DNA of 24,000 nucleotides from Edwardsiella phage vB_EtA_DT115P1: the sequence record PV165918.1; one strand, 5' to 3'. This document shows, piece after piece, positions 8,028-17,784 of this stretch (position 1 is its first letter; every line of letters begins with the position of its first letter). Under the pieces are notes generated by a model. The model saw only the letters and a program-made list of their open reading frames with translations, made no database searches and was not told the DNA's origin. Position numbers and translations under genes: made by a program.

Positions 8028-10178
8028 CTAGTTAGCTAGCCCCATGTACGGACTAAGTTTACCTGAGAACTCTTTCGACTCCTTAATCTGTCGATAGACT
8101 TCAGTAGTTTTCATCTGCCTGTCCTGTTCAGCATTCCACTCCTTAAAGAATTGCTCATTAAAGTCATTCTTCAAGTCACCTGTGAAATATGTGCCAACAG
8201 TTATCCCTCCTACGTTTATCTGGTAGGTGTCACCAGAGTTGGAGAACAGTACATTGACATCTTCCCGCTTATAGTCGATACCGTCAGCTTTTGATTGCTG
8301 CTTTATCACACCACCAAGCTTGTAGTCTAATGCAGAAACTGCCCGTCGCTGCACTACTTCGGCATCATCGCCATTCTTTGCAAACTCGGGGATGAACCCA
8401 GCAAGCTGCTTAACCCCAATATTAGCTACAATACCGCCACTCAGAATCATGTTGTTGTTCTTGAACTCCTTGGTAGCAAGCTCAACTGCCTTATCAGTGT
8501 TACCAGTTACTGCATATAGGCTCCTGGCCTTTGCATTCACCTGGCTAGCAACGTAGTCTCGTACTTGAGTTGGGAGACCCTCTGCCCGGAAGTACCAGGT
8601 AGTTTGAGTTGGGTCTTTAAAGTCCTTCACGTTAGACAACGACTTACTGCGGATAGTGTTAGTCTGCTGCGTGGTTAGTGGAACCTTATTATCCCTTACC
8701 TGCTGACCTCTGGAGATTGCTGTCTTAAGCATTAAGTCACCATCCTGCCCTTGATTGTTTGCGAGAACATCACGCAAGCCAAATAGGAATGCCTGGTCTT
8801 GTTCACTAGACACATTCATCCGGATGGTCTGGTCATCCGCCGCCAGTAGGTATTTAGTCCACAGCTGCGTTGAGGGTGTCATCGTTGAATTAGTATCAAG
8901 CGATGCAAGGCTCTCTAGCGCAGTGCCAATTGTCTTGACAGGCATACCCTCTTGAGCTGACAGCTGGATAAGATTGGATACCACAAAGTCACCACGCTGT
9001 TCTTCGGGAACGGAGGAAGACTGCTCGACAATGGCTGACTCTGCTGCATCAAGCACTTTCCTCTTGTCATCTGTTGAGATGAATGGGTTCTGTGCCAGGT
9101 TGAACTGTCCCTTGTTACTCTGCCAGGTGCCAATGTTAGCCCGTAATGACTGCTCAGCCTTGCTAACGTTACTACCCATGGTTAAATAGCTTGCAACGCT
9201 TGCTGGCGTAAACTTGAGACCTTTGGCCTGCATACCCTGCATCATCTGCATGAGCTGCTCTGGTGGTGTACCATTCTTTGCAGCATTCTCTAGGTCAGCA
9301 TACATAGCTCCATATGCAAATACGTTTTGCTTCTGGATAGCTGCCTCATACTTGGCTTGGGCTTCATCTACATAAGACTTATAGAGCTTCTGAGCTTGCT
9401 GCGTATCTGGTGCATACTTGCTCCAGTCCATGTTCTGCATGAAAGTAAGCAATCTGTTATCACCATTAGCTGCCGTCAGCTTCATATTCTGGAACAGCAT
9501 ATCCTTAATATCAGGCTCACTGAGACCCATTGCCATGCCTTGGTGCATGTACTGGTGTACTAGATTAACACCCTGGTCAACTGTCCTGGCACCATCCAGC
9601 TGGCTGTTGATATTATAGTTGAGTGTCTCCTTAGCCTTATAGTCCCTGTAGTCCTTCTGTGCCTTATTACGAATGTTAAATAGCACACCCTGACTTTCTT
9701 GGGCTTTAATTGAGATTGCCTTGAAGACATCAGGGTCTCTGTCCTGGTACTTGGCAAGCAAGTCACCATACTTAGAGTCACGTAGTTTAGCGTATGTCTC
9801 ATCATCCATATCTGGTTGAGAGACAATAGCTTTGGAAAGCTCCTCATTAATTGCAGCAAGCTCTGATTGTGATTGCACTAAGTCGTAGCCCATAAGCTCA
9901 GCTTTAGTAGCATCCTCACCCAGCTTGCCACCAGACACAGCGGTCGCCATTCCGCTAATCTTCTTCTTCTCAACATCAATCTGAGCTTGCTTATAAGCAG
10001 CTTCACTAGACGCATCAACGAAGTCACCTAGCGCTCCTAAGATGCGGCTGGTAGTCTCATAGCTGCTACCAACTGACGTATCTGTTGGCTCAACAGCCCT
10101 TCGCACAACCTGAGCAGGTCGGTTAACCTGCCCAGCCGATAGCTGTTGCATACCTTGAACTTCTGTACGCTGAACCAT
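8028..10178 (-). CDS. Internal virion protein C-like (T7 gp15 counterpart), 716 aa
   Basis: Position and size; start 'MVQRTEVQGMQQLSAGQVNRPAQVVRRAVEPTDTSVGSSYE', long alpha-helical composition. Start overlaps the stop of the upstream gene. Confidence 0.8.
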   Translation of the reverse strand: MVQRTEVQGMQQLSAGQVNRPAQVVRRAVEPTDTSVGSSYETTSRILGALGDFVDASSEAAYKQAQIDVEKKKISGMATAVSGGKLGEDATKAELMGYDLVQSQSELAAINEELSKAIVSQPDMDDETYAKLRDSKYGDLLAKYQDRDPDVFKAISIKAQESQGVLFNIRNKAQKDYRDYKAKETLNYNINSQLDGARTVDQGVNLVHQYMHQGMAMGLSEPDIKDMLFQNMKLTAANGDNRLLTFMQNMDWSKYAPDTQQAQKLYKSYVDEAQAKYEAAIQKQNVFAYGAMYADLENAAKNGTPPEQLMQMMQGMQAKGLKFTPASVASYLTMGSNVSKAEQSLRANIGTWQSNKGQFNLAQNPFISTDDKRKVLDAAESAIVEQSSSVPEEQRGDFVVSNLIQLSAQEGMPVKTIGTALESLASLDTNSTMTPSTQLWTKYLLAADDQTIRMNVSSEQDQAFLFGLRDVLANNQGQDGDLMLKTAISRGQQVRDNKVPLTTQQTNTIRSKSLSNVKDFKDPTQTTWYFRAEGLPTQVRDYVASQVNAKARSLYAVTGNTDKAVELATKEFKNNNMILSGGIVANIGVKQLAGFIPEFAKNGDDAEVVQRRAVSALDYKLGGVIKQQSKADGIDYKREDVNVLFSNSGDTYQINVGGITVGTYFTGDLKNDFNEQFFKEWNAEQDRQMKTTEVYRQIKESKEFSGKLSPYMGLAN

Positions 10179-10783
10179 TAAACACTACTCCTTAACCCAG
10201 CTTTCTCTTGTTTGCTAAAGGTATCTTGATACTTCTGATTGTAGCTAGACAAACCACTGACAGCTTGTGTGCCAATTTTAAGACCAGCCTCCAGCCATGA
10301 GGGTCGCTGGATGCTTTGGCGAGACATACTGCCAATTGCACCCTGGCGAGCCTGCTCAGCCTGCTGCTTAATACTGAACAAGCCCGCCTCGCGCTGCCTT
10401 AGTATCTCGTTAGTGTTGCGGGCTTTAATTGCATCAATGTTAAACAGCATGCTGTCAACACTCTGCCCAGCTGTGCCAGATGCAGCTGCATACACATTAA
10501 TACGACCCTTGGCCTGCATGGCCTCAGCCTGCTGCTGGATTGACATGTCCGCCGCGTTACGCTGTGCATCAACCTCTGCTGGCGTTAGGTCATCATATGA
10601 CTGAACTGCTTGTTGAGCCAGCTGCTCATTCTGCTGACTGGCCGCTTGTGCCTGTAGTTTAGCTTGCTGGCTCTGTGAGTAGTAACTCATAGCAGTACCA
10701 GCAACACCAACAGCTGTGCTAACAGCAGAAATAGTAGCGGCATTAGCTGCCGCCCATGCCCCGATACTAGCTGCTATAGCCAT
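10178..10783 (-). CDS. Internal virion protein B-like (T7 gp14 counterpart), 201 aa
   Basis: 'AAIGAWAAANAATISAVSTAVGVAGTAMSYYSQSQQAKLQAQAASQQNEQLAQQAV' Ala/Gln-rich start typical of gp14-like proteins; synteny. Confidence 0.8.
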   Translation of the reverse strand: MAIAASIGAWAAANAATISAVSTAVGVAGTAMSYYSQSQQAKLQAQAASQQNEQLAQQAVQSYDDLTPAEVDAQRNAADMSIQQQAEAMQAKGRINVYAAASGTAGQSVDSMLFNIDAIKARNTNEILRQREAGLFSIKQQAEQARQGAIGSMSRQSIQRPSWLEAGLKIGTQAVSGLSSYNQKYQDTFSKQEKAGLRSSV

Positions 10784-10792
10784 GCACTCTCC

Positions 10793-13183
10793 TTATATAC
10801 GTTGCCCCCTCTGGTGGAAGGTGCCGTCAATTTCAATATCCCTAACCGTTAGGGGGTAGTGGCTATCAGATTGAATCGTAATCTGTAAGTCCTCCGCCCG
10901 CTGACGTATAGGTGCCCTGTAAGTGCCATTCTCTAGCTTAGGTGAGCCAACTAGGTTATTAGCTGAACCCATCCACCGCCCAAAGAAGCGGTACTCACGT
11001 GGCTGACCCTGCTTAGGCTTAACCAGTATTTCCAAGAACCCAGTAAGCTCATAGTGAACATACATGTTGCTCATGATGATACTATCAAGACCAATTACCC
11101 TATCGCGCATATCCTTTACCACAGGTTGTGTCGGAATGTACCGTGACTTGTACTTGATGCCGCATACCACACTAAGGTCACTCTGGTCTGAGATGCGCTC
11201 AGCTGTCTCCCACTTGCCACCACCCAGACTAGTCGCTACAAAAGCTGAGCCACTTAAAGTTGAGTGGCCACCAGTTCCCACTGTGAACACAACATCATCA
11301 CGCACAAAAGGGAGCTGCATTGTGTAAGTCTTTCTGGATGAGTCATACACAGCAGGCACAGTCAGCTTGTGGTCTAGCTTTATAGAGTAGTCTAATCCCC
11401 TGTCAGCTGGGTCATTCACCATGTGCAGGTAGTCAACATAAGTACTACCACCCTTGCTGTACACGGCATACATCCTATCCTCTAGATAGAAGAGGAATAG
11501 CACATCACCATCTAATATCCACTTGTGCCAAGCACTCTGCACCTTCTGCTCAGCTTGCCACAGCCAATCATATACATACACCTCTGAGAGGCTTGCATCT
11601 GTCCTAACCATCATGGAGTTAAAGTTAGCTGATGCAAGTAACTGTATGCACTGCCCATTAAGGTACTTGCTAACGTAATCAGTTATTGGGTAAGCCTTCT
11701 TGGTATCCGTATAGTTGTCAGTAAACAGCTCACGGATACCTGTATATCCACTAGCATCATATGCAAAGAAGATATTCTCACCGCCAGCTTGAGGCTGTAC
11801 ATGCACGTTATTTGGGTATGCAGTAACCTGTTGTAGCGTAAGGTTAGCTTTTGTAACTGGCTTAGAGCCATCAATAATAAACTGAGCTTGGTCTGCAAAG
11901 ATTGCCAGCGAGCCATTAAGTATCTGGTACTGGTAAAGGTTATTTACACGGTCAGTATCTGCATACCCATCAATTGGGTCAGTATCAACCTCTGCTTGGG
12001 TTGACTCCCTCCAGAAGTTAAAGAAGAGGTTAGACCGTGATGCAATCCAAGCCTCACCTGACAAGAAGAATAGCCTGTTCTGGAACACTCCAGTCGCCTG
12101 AATAGGGATTGGATTGGCCTCATCGATGAAGCTTGGGAGAGGGTTGCTATCCTCACCACCAACCTGTCGTGTATCCCAATCAGCTTTCTTCAGCGTGAAG
12201 GTAGCCACACCATTTGAGATAGACTCACGGATAAGTACATGCGGCATCGTATCTGCATCGAAAGCAATCAGGACACCTGGTTGAACTGTCTCCACCCACC
12301 TGACCTTGGAGTCATTACTGACAACGGCCTTAAGCCAGTAGTCATCTTTAGTTGACTTACCCTCTCCTGTGATACGCAGGACAAAGCCATCTGGTGCAAT
12401 GGGTGGCAGCTGATTAACTGACTTAACTGAGCCTTTAGCGGCAATCAGGTCTTCCCCTTTTTGGGAATCACTTGTTGACAGCTTGAAGTCACCTCCATCA
12501 CGCTTGGTGATGTAGATAACGTTACCATGTAGCTCTGCATCATAGTAAGGGTTAGCAGGAATTGGTGGGGATCCGGCTGGGTCGCCATGTATCTGCTGGT
12601 AGAGCTTTCTTGCCACATTATCAGTTGCAACTTCATAGATGTGTGAAGGGTCAGACCCGTCTGGGGTCTTGAAGGCAGCTAAGGTTGAGTTACCAGCCAT
12701 CACCTTATAATCCTTCCCGTAGGAGGCGTACTGGCAGTACACAATACCTGTGGTGGACTGCTCTGGTGACTTCTCCCCTGTCATTCTCACAGGAACAGTC
12801 TTATTAGTGATAAAGGTGAAATCACCAATAGTGCGCATATCTAGTTGTTTAGCTGGCTCAGTGCAGCTGATGTAAGCTACATCACCATTGACAATCTGCT
12901 GCTCACCCTTAGCATTAAACACGCTGATACTATTTGACTGCGGCTCAATGAACATGAAGTAGGATTCATCACCACGGTCGTAGGAGTGAAACTTAGCCAT
13001 GCTGCTGACAGCTTTATCAGCCACCTTACCAACAAAGTAAGTAGCAGGGCGCTTAGTTAACCCCTTAACCACATCTGGGATAAAGTTCTCTTGCAGCGTG
13101 CATTGACCCTCTAAACGGATACGGTCAGGCTGCTGCGACACACCCTGGATAGGCCTGCCGTAGCTTGTAGTAACGTATGCCAT
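10793..13183 (-). CDS. Tail tubular protein B (nozzle, T7 gp12-like), 796 aa
   Basis: 'YGRPIQGVSQQPDRIRLEGQCTLQENFIPDVVKGLTKRPATYFV' is the classic gp12 N-terminus. SD AAGGAGG. Confidence 0.95.
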   Translation of the reverse strand: MAYVTTSYGRPIQGVSQQPDRIRLEGQCTLQENFIPDVVKGLTKRPATYFVGKVADKAVSSMAKFHSYDRGDESYFMFIEPQSNSISVFNAKGEQQIVNGDVAYISCTEPAKQLDMRTIGDFTFITNKTVPVRMTGEKSPEQSTTGIVYCQYASYGKDYKVMAGNSTLAAFKTPDGSDPSHIYEVATDNVARKLYQQIHGDPAGSPPIPANPYYDAELHGNVIYITKRDGGDFKLSTSDSQKGEDLIAAKGSVKSVNQLPPIAPDGFVLRITGEGKSTKDDYWLKAVVSNDSKVRWVETVQPGVLIAFDADTMPHVLIRESISNGVATFTLKKADWDTRQVGGEDSNPLPSFIDEANPIPIQATGVFQNRLFFLSGEAWIASRSNLFFNFWRESTQAEVDTDPIDGYADTDRVNNLYQYQILNGSLAIFADQAQFIIDGSKPVTKANLTLQQVTAYPNNVHVQPQAGGENIFFAYDASGYTGIRELFTDNYTDTKKAYPITDYVSKYLNGQCIQLLASANFNSMMVRTDASLSEVYVYDWLWQAEQKVQSAWHKWILDGDVLFLFYLEDRMYAVYSKGGSTYVDYLHMVNDPADRGLDYSIKLDHKLTVPAVYDSSRKTYTMQLPFVRDDVVFTVGTGGHSTLSGSAFVATSLGGGKWETAERISDQSDLSVVCGIKYKSRYIPTQPVVKDMRDRVIGLDSIIMSNMYVHYELTGFLEILVKPKQGQPREYRFFGRWMGSANNLVGSPKLENGTYRAPIRQRAEDLQITIQSDSHYPLTVRDIEIDGTFHQRGQRI

Positions 13184-13192
13184 GTAGCCTCC

Positions 13193-13822
13193 TTAGATGT
13201 CGTTGTACCCGCCTACAACAAAATTGAACTGTGCCATACTACTGCTGTCCTTGAATGCATTTGCCTGAGATTGTGTAGTTTCTTCACACTCCAGTCCCCA
13301 CATAGCCTCATCTGCCTCACTTGCCAGCACCTTTATACGGTTCATGTCCATTTCATTACCACGAGCAAACATCATCCCAGCCATAGCGGCAATTGCATCC
13401 TTTGCTGTTTGTGGCAAGTCACCATACTCAAGCTGTGTGACTAGCATCAGGTGGACAAAGCCATCACTATTAATGAGTCCACGCATATCAAAGCCATGTG
13501 TAGCAGTGTCATACAACGCACGCCCCCTAGTGGCAATCTTCGCTGGCCTGTTGTAGCTGTCAAAGCGGTAGACAGCTAACGTGTTGTTAGGGACCAGTAC
13601 GCTACCAGTAACTGGGTCTGGTGAAAGCTTGTGGTTTCTTTCCCTGTTAAACCAGTAACCACGACCCTTGTTGTTCTGTATTGTTCGTGATGCCTTGTCA
13701 ATCACACCGCCAGCTTGTGCCACATCCAAGTTATACTCATCCTCTGAGTCAACTGGGGCAAGCCCAATACAGCTGAGCACATAGTTTATTGCATCTAACC
13801 TTGTGTTTATATAGAGCTGCAT
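13193..13822 (-). CDS. Tail tubular protein A (T7 gp11-like)
   Basis: 'MQLYINTRLDAINYVLSCIGLAPVDS' gp11-like N-terminus. Better start at 13822 (TTAGGAGGGCTAATG) than the track ATG at 13837. Confidence 0.9.
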   Translation of the reverse strand: MQLYINTRLDAINYVLSCIGLAPVDSEDEYNLDVAQAGGVIDKASRTIQNNKGRGYWFNRERNHKLSPDPVTGSVLVPNNTLAVYRFDSYNRPAKIATRGRALYDTATHGFDMRGLINSDGFVHLMLVTQLEYGDLPQTAKDAIAAMAGMMFARGNEMDMNRIKVLASEADEAMWGLECEETTQSQANAFKDSSSMAQFNFVVGGYNDI

Positions 13823-13833
13823 TAGCCCTCCTA

Positions 13834-13863
13834 ACAAAAATAAGCCCTTCCAAGAGGAAGGGC
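13834..13863 (-). terminator. Rho-independent terminator downstream of major capsid gene
   Basis: Minus strand GCCCTTCC-TCTT-GGAAGGGC (13863..13844) followed by TTATTTTTGTTA; positioned where T7 has its late terminator. Confidence 0.92.
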
Positions 13864-13878
13864 AAGTGGCACTTATAA

Positions 13879-14991
13879 TTAAGCAGTAGCCAGCGGAGTG
13901 TTGGACACAGGGACAACCTTGCGGTTAGCACGCTTACGCACTGCAATGTCCTCAGATGCAGACCCATCAGGAACCACACGTACAATACCCAAGTGCTCCC
14001 AGCGGTCAGGGATAGCACCCTCGGACATCCAGGAGTCAATGTACCAGGTCTTGTTGTTGTCGTTCATCCAAATCTTGCCTTGCAGGGAGATGGAGCGACC
14101 AACCATCAGACCTTCTGAGCCAAACAGGACAGCCACTACGTTGTCCATGCGGTCATCACCTGAATCTAGCACATCATAACGGTATCCGTTATTAGCATTA
14201 GACAGCAGGTGGTGAGCTGACACGTTGCCATCAATATCCTGCTGGTCACGAGCTTTGTTCGGCATCTGGTTAGTAGGGATAATCGGTAGGTTGTAAGACT
14301 TCAATACAAAGCCATTGATAGTTGTACCAGAGGCAGTAGTGTAAGTAGCGTTAACAATACGCTCTGCATCACGCAGCGTGTTGAAGTAAGTCCAATCCAT
14401 GATTGCAGCAATCTTCTGAATCGGTACGTTCTGCTTGACCATAGCCTCCAGAACTGCCTCCAGGCCAGCCTGCACAGCATTGGGGTATTCCATAGTCTCC
14501 GCCTTTACCTTCACATCAACAGAGAACCCATGACCACGTACACGGGGCTTGGTACGTTTTGCTGAGGTATTCTTAATTGCACCATAGGAAATCTGTTGGA
14601 TGAGCATACGGTCTTCCAACATACCAAGTTGCTCAACTTGGTCTACAGCTACCTTACCCTTCGTGTTGATGTCGTCCTGCACATCTGCCAAGATACCTAC
14701 GTTGTTACGTGCAATAACAACAGTGTCAATGACCAGCTGGTTTTTATCGAATTCTACTTGAGTACCTTTGACATCTGCCCCTGGTGCCAAGCCCTGTACC
14801 TGGGTAGTGCCCATGTACTTGTTGGACACGGAGTTAGTACCAACAACTTCCTTCAGGTCAAAGTAACGCATCATGTTGACCATCTCTTTATAGGCCAACT
14901 TAACCTGACCATCAAACTTCTCAATGAGTAGTGTATCTACCTCACCAGAGACTGAGACAGCAGGGTTTACCAAGTTATTAACGCTAGACAT
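13879..14991 (-). CDS. Major capsid protein (T7 gp10-like), 370 aa
   Basis: Position between scaffold and tail tubular A; 'FDGQVKLAYKEMVNMMRYFDLKEVVGTNSVSNKYMGTTQVQGLAPG...' and 'IMDWTYFNTLRDAERIVNATYTTASG'. SD AAGGAG. Own promoter and terminator. Confidence 0.92.
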   Translation of the reverse strand: MSSVNNLVNPAVSVSGEVDTLLIEKFDGQVKLAYKEMVNMMRYFDLKEVVGTNSVSNKYMGTTQVQGLAPGADVKGTQVEFDKNQLVIDTVVIARNNVGILADVQDDINTKGKVAVDQVEQLGMLEDRMLIQQISYGAIKNTSAKRTKPRVRGHGFSVDVKVKAETMEYPNAVQAGLEAVLEAMVKQNVPIQKIAAIMDWTYFNTLRDAERIVNATYTTASGTTINGFVLKSYNLPIIPTNQMPNKARDQQDIDGNVSAHHLLSNANNGYRYDVLDSGDDRMDNVVAVLFGSEGLMVGRSISLQGKIWMNDNNKTWYIDSWMSEGAIPDRWEHLGIVRVVPDGSASEDIAVRKRANRKVVPVSNTPLATA

Positions 14992-15056
14992 ATAGTAGTT
15001 GTCTCCTTATGAATTATTAGGTAGGCACTAGCCCACAAAGCTTCTTATAGCTTGCT

Positions 15057-15077
15057 CCTATTGTAGTGCCTATTGAT
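15057..15077 (-). promoter_or_regulatory. Putative phage RNA polymerase promoter upstream of the capsid gene (T7 phi10 position)
   Basis: Minus strand ATCAATAGGCACTACAATAGG; shares the CTACAATAGG core with 20710, 23932 and (9/10) 23794. Located between scaffold start and capsid start. Confidence 0.8.
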
Positions 15078-15090
15078 AACTGATTGAATT

Positions 15091-15963
15091 TTATGCAATA
15101 CCTGATTGCTTTGAAGCTCGACGTACAGCGTCGATGCGAGCTGCGTAAGCCGGGTCTTTACGGTACTTCTCGGAACCCATCAGGGTCTGGAACTCAGCCA
15201 TTGTAAGAGTCTGCGGCACAGCCTCAGAATTGCGACTACCAGCTTCACCAGCGTCACCAACGAGCTCACCCATGCCAGTACCAGCGGAGGCCACTGTGGC
15301 CGCTCCACGGCGAATCTGAATGGACTCAATGACAGCCCGCTGAGCTTTCCAGTGTTCTGGCGGCAGCTGCATGACGGCGTTGAATGACTCAAGCTCGCTT
15401 TCGCTTAGGTTGTCCGATGCCCATGCATCAAGCTCTTGCCAACCATCATCACCGCCTACTAGGGTATTGAAGTCACCTGTAATCTCCTCTTGGAGCTTGT
15501 CCTTGGCAGCTGCATCTGCCTTGAACTTATCCAGCGACATTTGATTCTGCTGGCGATACAGGTTCAAGTACCCATCAACCAGAGGCTTACCAAAGGCTTC
15601 ATCCAGCTTAGCTTTGGTCTCTAGGGTCAACTCAAACTTACCATCCTTGGCAAATAGCTCTGTGAGCACTTGGTTGCTGTCAATACCTTTCTCAGCAAAC
15701 GCAGCCGCAATATCTTCTGGTACTTCTACGTCAACCTTATCGCCACCAAAGTAATATTCAGGCGTGCTATCCTGTGTACCAACAGGAACTTCAGCATCTT
15801 GCTCAAGTGCTTGGGTCTCAGTGGACGCTTGCTGGGTCTCTACAGCCGTACCGTTGCTGTCCTCTACAGTGGTAGCTGGAGACTCTTCAGGTGCAGTTGA
15901 TAAGTTTCCATTAGTCCCATTGTTATTAGGCTGGTCGCCAACTGAAAGGATTTCGTAGCTCAT
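15091..15963 (-). CDS. Capsid assembly scaffolding protein (T7 gp9-like), 290 aa
   Basis: Acidic Glu/Gln-rich N-terminus; 'PEYYFGGDKVDVEVPEDIAAAFAEKGID...FAKDGKFELTLETKAKLDEAFGKPLVDGYL' and position between portal and capsid. Confidence 0.9.
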   Translation of the reverse strand: MSYEILSVGDQPNNNGTNGNLSTAPEESPATTVEDSNGTAVETQQASTETQALEQDAEVPVGTQDSTPEYYFGGDKVDVEVPEDIAAAFAEKGIDSNQVLTELFAKDGKFELTLETKAKLDEAFGKPLVDGYLNLYRQQNQMSLDKFKADAAAKDKLQEEITGDFNTLVGGDDGWQELDAWASDNLSESELESFNAVMQLPPEHWKAQRAVIESIQIRRGAATVASAGTGMGELVGDAGEAGSRNSEAVPQTLTMAEFQTLMGSEKYRKDPAYAARIDAVRRASKQSGIA

Positions 15964-15973
15964 TTAATACCTC

Positions 15974-17566
15974 TTATTGTTTCAACATTTGTGGAGCAGC
16001 CTTACCAGCAGCTTCCATAAGTTGCTGTTGCTGCATCTGCTGCTGTTGCATCTGCTTCATCTGGTTGTACTCATCCTCCGTCATTAGCCACCCTGTCTCC
16101 ATATTAAGATTAGCTGCAATGAAAGCAATGTAGTCAGACCACTTGATGCGCTCTTGTGCTGCAGGGGACCAACCATTAGGGATAGACATCATCTCAGAAA
16201 GCTGCATGAGCTTATCAAGCTCACCTGCTTTGCCAAGTGCCTCGATGCCTGTGATGATGACGGGGACTGCATCGGTTGCTGGAAGCTTAAAGCCAGAGCG
16301 CTTGAGCAGCAGGTTGGCATATGGCATCTGGCCTGATACCGCAATCTGTGAGTAAGTACCACCTAGCGACGTCTCAAGCTCCATGGCATCCATACGAAGC
16401 TCATAAGTGGTCACGCGCTCCGCGTCCCTTCGGTTAGCAGATGCAAGTAAGAATGCCTGACCAAGCCGCTTAGAGTAGGTCTCTAGTACAGACAGAACAG
16501 TCTGGTAGTCACCATACTTCTCAAGCTGCACAACCTTGACATCACCCTCTTCACCCCAGAGGTAGTCACCTGTCTCAGCTTTTGCATGAGCAGAAGGTGA
16601 CGTAGCTGAGCCACGTCTGACTAGGAACTTAACCTCAGACATGAGAGCACACCCCTTGGCAACTGCCTTTGAGAGGAATGCATAAGTGAACAGGTCGCCA
16701 TAAGCTGCTTCTACTAGTCCACGACCATAGTCTTCACCATATAGGCGCTCCCAGGTAAGAATAATAAATGGTGACTCCTCTGTCTTGACTCGGTACTCCT
16801 TGCCTACAACAGTGTCAACAACTTCCTGGGTGATAACATACATACTGCCATCCCACTTAGACTGCGTGTAAAGCTCAACAGTATCACTCTGCTTAATGTT
16901 GTAACGCTTAGCTTTGATTACTGCCTGGATAGCTGGAGGGAACTCACTGACACACTTTACCTCCTCCAGAATCATCTGAGTGACACGACCTGTCTTAGAG
17001 CGCTTAACAACATACTTGTCCATTGGATAGCAGACAAGATTGTCGCCAATAGGAGCATACAGCATAGCATTGCCAGCTACGATAAGGTGCTTAGCAGCCT
17101 GCGTCCATGCGATACGACCTTGGATTTGCTCATGCAGTAACCTGGCTTTATTCTCTGCTCGTGACAAAATGCTGAGCAAATCAACATCACTGGTGCCTGC
17201 CTCATATAGTGCTTGCTTAGCCTCATCAGTGAACTCAAGCTTAAAGAAGGAGCGCTGTGGAGGAAACCATGTCATGACCAACTTGTTTGCCAGGTGATTA
17301 ACACCCTGAGCACCTAAGCTCTGCCAGCTGTTTTGGGTGTAAGCATCCCCCTGGTCAGTGCTCTGGTCTTCAGTGAACAGGGCAGGTAGAGTTATCTTAG
17401 CGTAGGTCTTAGCTCTCGATAGCTGAGTCTCACGCCTAGCTGAGAGGGTTTTATATTGCTCAGCCAAGGTTGACTTAGGCTTGCCAGACTCCTCCTTAAC
17501 CTTCATGCGATTGTTCATGTAAGGGACATCGCCACCCTTATCAATGATAGGGCTGTACCCTCTCAT
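15974..17566 (-). CDS. Portal / head-tail connector protein (T7 gp8-like), 530 aa
   Basis: 'LAEQYKTLSARRETQLSRAKTYAKITLPALF' and 'NSWQSLGAQGVNHLANKLVMTWFPPQRSFFKLEF' are hallmark gp8 segments. SD GGAGGG. Confidence 0.96.
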   Translation of the reverse strand: MRGYSPIIDKGGDVPYMNNRMKVKEESGKPKSTLAEQYKTLSARRETQLSRAKTYAKITLPALFTEDQSTDQGDAYTQNSWQSLGAQGVNHLANKLVMTWFPPQRSFFKLEFTDEAKQALYEAGTSDVDLLSILSRAENKARLLHEQIQGRIAWTQAAKHLIVAGNAMLYAPIGDNLVCYPMDKYVVKRSKTGRVTQMILEEVKCVSEFPPAIQAVIKAKRYNIKQSDTVELYTQSKWDGSMYVITQEVVDTVVGKEYRVKTEESPFIILTWERLYGEDYGRGLVEAAYGDLFTYAFLSKAVAKGCALMSEVKFLVRRGSATSPSAHAKAETGDYLWGEEGDVKVVQLEKYGDYQTVLSVLETYSKRLGQAFLLASANRRDAERVTTYELRMDAMELETSLGGTYSQIAVSGQMPYANLLLKRSGFKLPATDAVPVIITGIEALGKAGELDKLMQLSEMMSIPNGWSPAAQERIKWSDYIAFIAANLNMETGWLMTEDEYNQMKQMQQQQMQQQQLMEAAGKAAPQMLKQ

Positions 17567-17576
17567 AAGCCCTCCG

Positions 17577-17783
17577 TCAGATTGCTAAGCCAGCACCGCC
17601 ACCAGCGCTTGCACCGCTCATTGCACCACTAGGGCGCATAAGAGCGCGCTTACCTTTCTTGGCACTCATATCTTGACTAGCTGCATCGCCTAGCTGAACA
17701 TCCTCTGGCTCTACATCCACTTGACGTTCTGGCTTAGCCGCTGGCGGGGTGTATGCAGGAACCTTTGGTTTACTAAAACCCAT
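17577..17783 (-). CDS. Small T7 gp7.3-like tail assembly/adaptor protein, 68 aa
   Basis: Immediately upstream of portal. Proline-rich N-terminus and basic/Ser/Gly-rich C-terminus 'SAKKGKRALMRPSGAMSGASAGGGAGLAI' reminiscent of the gp7.3 tail '..KKSLSVARSSGGGINI'. SD AAGGAGG. Confidence 0.6.
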   Translation of the reverse strand: MGFSKPKVPAYTPPAAKPERQVDVEPEDVQLGDAASQDMSAKKGKRALMRPSGAMSGASAGGGAGLAI

Positions 17784-17784
17784 A

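Noticed and set aside
11829-11838. CTACAACAGG-like partial promoter core inside the tail tubular B gene
   Set aside because: Deviates at the normally invariant T before AGG and is embedded in coding sequence; expected by chance at this length.
13879-13900. Capsid C-terminal frameshift (T7 10A/10B style)
   Set aside because: Only ~15 nt separate the capsid stop from the terminator hairpin and no obvious slippery sequence with an extension frame was seen.
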